Part shown: positions 45,036 to 46,152 of the stretch, in pieces
Layout: every line of letters starts with the position of its first letter
How positions within the stretch are numbered: the first letter of the stretch is position 1
Source: Eubacteriales bacterium
Lineage (GTDB): Bacteria > Bacillota > Clostridia > Oscillospirales > CAG-272
Assembly: GCA_045532675.1 (NCBI GenBank)
Contig: JAZSGJ010000108.1
Location: forward strand, 1 to 46,152
Reading direction: 5' to 3'
DNA length: 46,152 nt
The notes under the pieces: model-generated
Told to the model about the DNA's origin: nothing
The model's database searches: none
What the model saw: the letters and a program-made list of their open reading frames with translations, nothing else
Made by a program: the position numbers and the translations under genes

Positions 45036-45136
45036 TATTTAAACAATTTTGAAGAATATTATATTTAAATAATGAATTATAGCGTTTTACCGTGATATAA
45101 TAACCTCAAGCATAACAAGAATTTTGGGGGAGCGCA

Positions 45137-46132
45137 ATGTCATACGTCGCAAATAAGAAAAGATATTCCGAAATGGAATACAGAAGGTGCGGAGAGAGCG
45201 GATTAAAGCTTCCCGCCGTATCGCTTGGACTTTGGCACAATTTCGGTGCCGGAGACGATTTTGAAAATATGAAGAAAATGTGCTTTACCGCATTTGACCT
45301 CGGAATAACGCATTTCGACATTGCTAATAATTACGGCAGACCCGCAGTGGGAAGCGCGGAAGAGAATTTCGGAAAAATCGTGCGTGAGTATATGCGCGCG
45401 TACCGCGACGAGATGATAATCAGTACTAAGGCGGGCTATCAGATGTGGGACGGACCGTATGGGGATTTTGGCAGCCGAAAGTATCTTATCTCAAGCCTTG
45501 ACCAGAGCCTGCTTAGACTCGGGCTCGATTACGTGGATATTTTTTACCATCACCGTCCCGACCCGGAAACTCCGCTTGAAGAAACCATGGGCGCGCTTGA
45601 CTATGCGGTAAAAAGCGGAAAGGCGTTGTACGCAGGACTTTCAAATTACGACGGCGAGAGAATGCGCCGTGCGGCAGAAATATTACGGGAGCTGAAATGT
45701 CCGTTCGTTATTAATCAGAACAGATATTCGATGTTCGACAGGACGGTCGAAAATAACGGACTTTTGTCCGCTGCTGAGGATGAAGGGAAGGGAATTATAG
45801 TTTTCAGTCCATTGGCGCAGGGATTACTGACGGACCGGTATCTTAACGGAATACCTGAGGACAGCAGAGCAAGAACGAGCGGTATATTCCTGAAGGAGTC
45901 GTCGGTAACCGAAGAAAAGCTCGAAAAGGCGAGAGCGCTTAACAAAATAGCTGCCGAGAGGGGTGAGAGCCTCGCGCAAATGGCGCTTTCCTGGGTTCTT
46001 AGAAAAGATGCGGTAACGAGCGTTCTTATAGGCGCGTCAAAGCCTTCGCAGATAGAAGAGAACGTTGCTATACTGAACAGCAAGCCTTTTAGTGAGGACG
46101 AGCTTTCAAGAATAGATAAAATAGCGTTGTGA
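45137..46132 (+). CDS. aldo/keto reductase (YghZ/Gpr-like)
   Basis: The N-terminus YRRCGESGLKLPAVSLGLWHNFG is present, with DIANNYG and the other AKR catalytic tetrad regions. A GGGGGA RBS lies upstream. Confidence 0.9.
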   Translation: MSYVANKKRYSEMEYRRCGESGLKLPAVSLGLWHNFGAGDDFENMKKMCFTAFDLGITHFDIANNYGRPAVGSAEENFGKIVREYMRAYRDEMIISTKAGYQMWDGPYGDFGSRKYLISSLDQSLLRLGLDYVDIFYHHRPDPETPLEETMGALDYAVKSGKALYAGLSNYDGERMRRAAEILRELKCPFVINQNRYSMFDRTVENNGLLSAAEDEGKGIIVFSPLAQGLLTDRYLNGIPEDSRARTSGIFLKESSVTEEKLEKARALNKIAAERGESLAQMALSWVLRKDAVTSVLIGASKPSQIEENVAILNSKPFSEDELSRIDKIAL

Positions 46133-46152
46133 ATATAAAAAGAGCGGCATAA

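Overview
This 46 kb window looks like a chromosomal segment of a spore-forming Firmicute, probably Clostridia. Supporting markers are sigG, a SleB-type hydrolase, AddB, class III RNR and SepF/YggT/YggS. Most of it is housekeeping. In order: an EIIC-like permease and pncB; rluD-lspA-yggT-sepF-yggS on the minus strand; mrnC-hisS; a YgiQ radical SAM gene; pcrA; a HAD hydrolase; paralogous lipoproteins; serC; typA; a Wzx-like flippase; gdhA; a cell-wall hydrolase; a PRTase; nrdG-nrdD-trxB; sigG; an OmpR-like regulator with addB; an Eda-VOC fusion; a heterodimeric ABC exporter; and an aldo/keto reductase. No rRNA, tRNA or CRISPR array was found. The clearly accessory stretch is 28.6-35.5 kb. It holds a divergently transcribed XRE regulator and a plus-strand cluster with two SipW-type (S26B) signal peptidases. 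The cluster also encodes three secreted proteins with a shared SipW-cognate-like signal peptide and N-terminal motif, a membrane-anchored TasA-like paralogue, and an acidic membrane protein. The cluster ends in two decayed IS elements (IS1182-like and IS30-like) that abut an addB gene with no addA partner. I consider this two-peptidase, multi-substrate TasA-like fibre or matrix locus the best candidate for an undescribed system. Other items worth a second look: NrdD is fused to a thioredoxin-fold domain and is followed by a TrxB lacking the NADPH HRRxxxR motif. There is a trio of identical DnaA-box-like 9-mers upstream of pcrA. There is also an ~840 bp non-coding gap holding a promoter, a 53-bp tandem repeat and a strong terminator. 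All family assignments come from reading the translations from memory. No database search was run.
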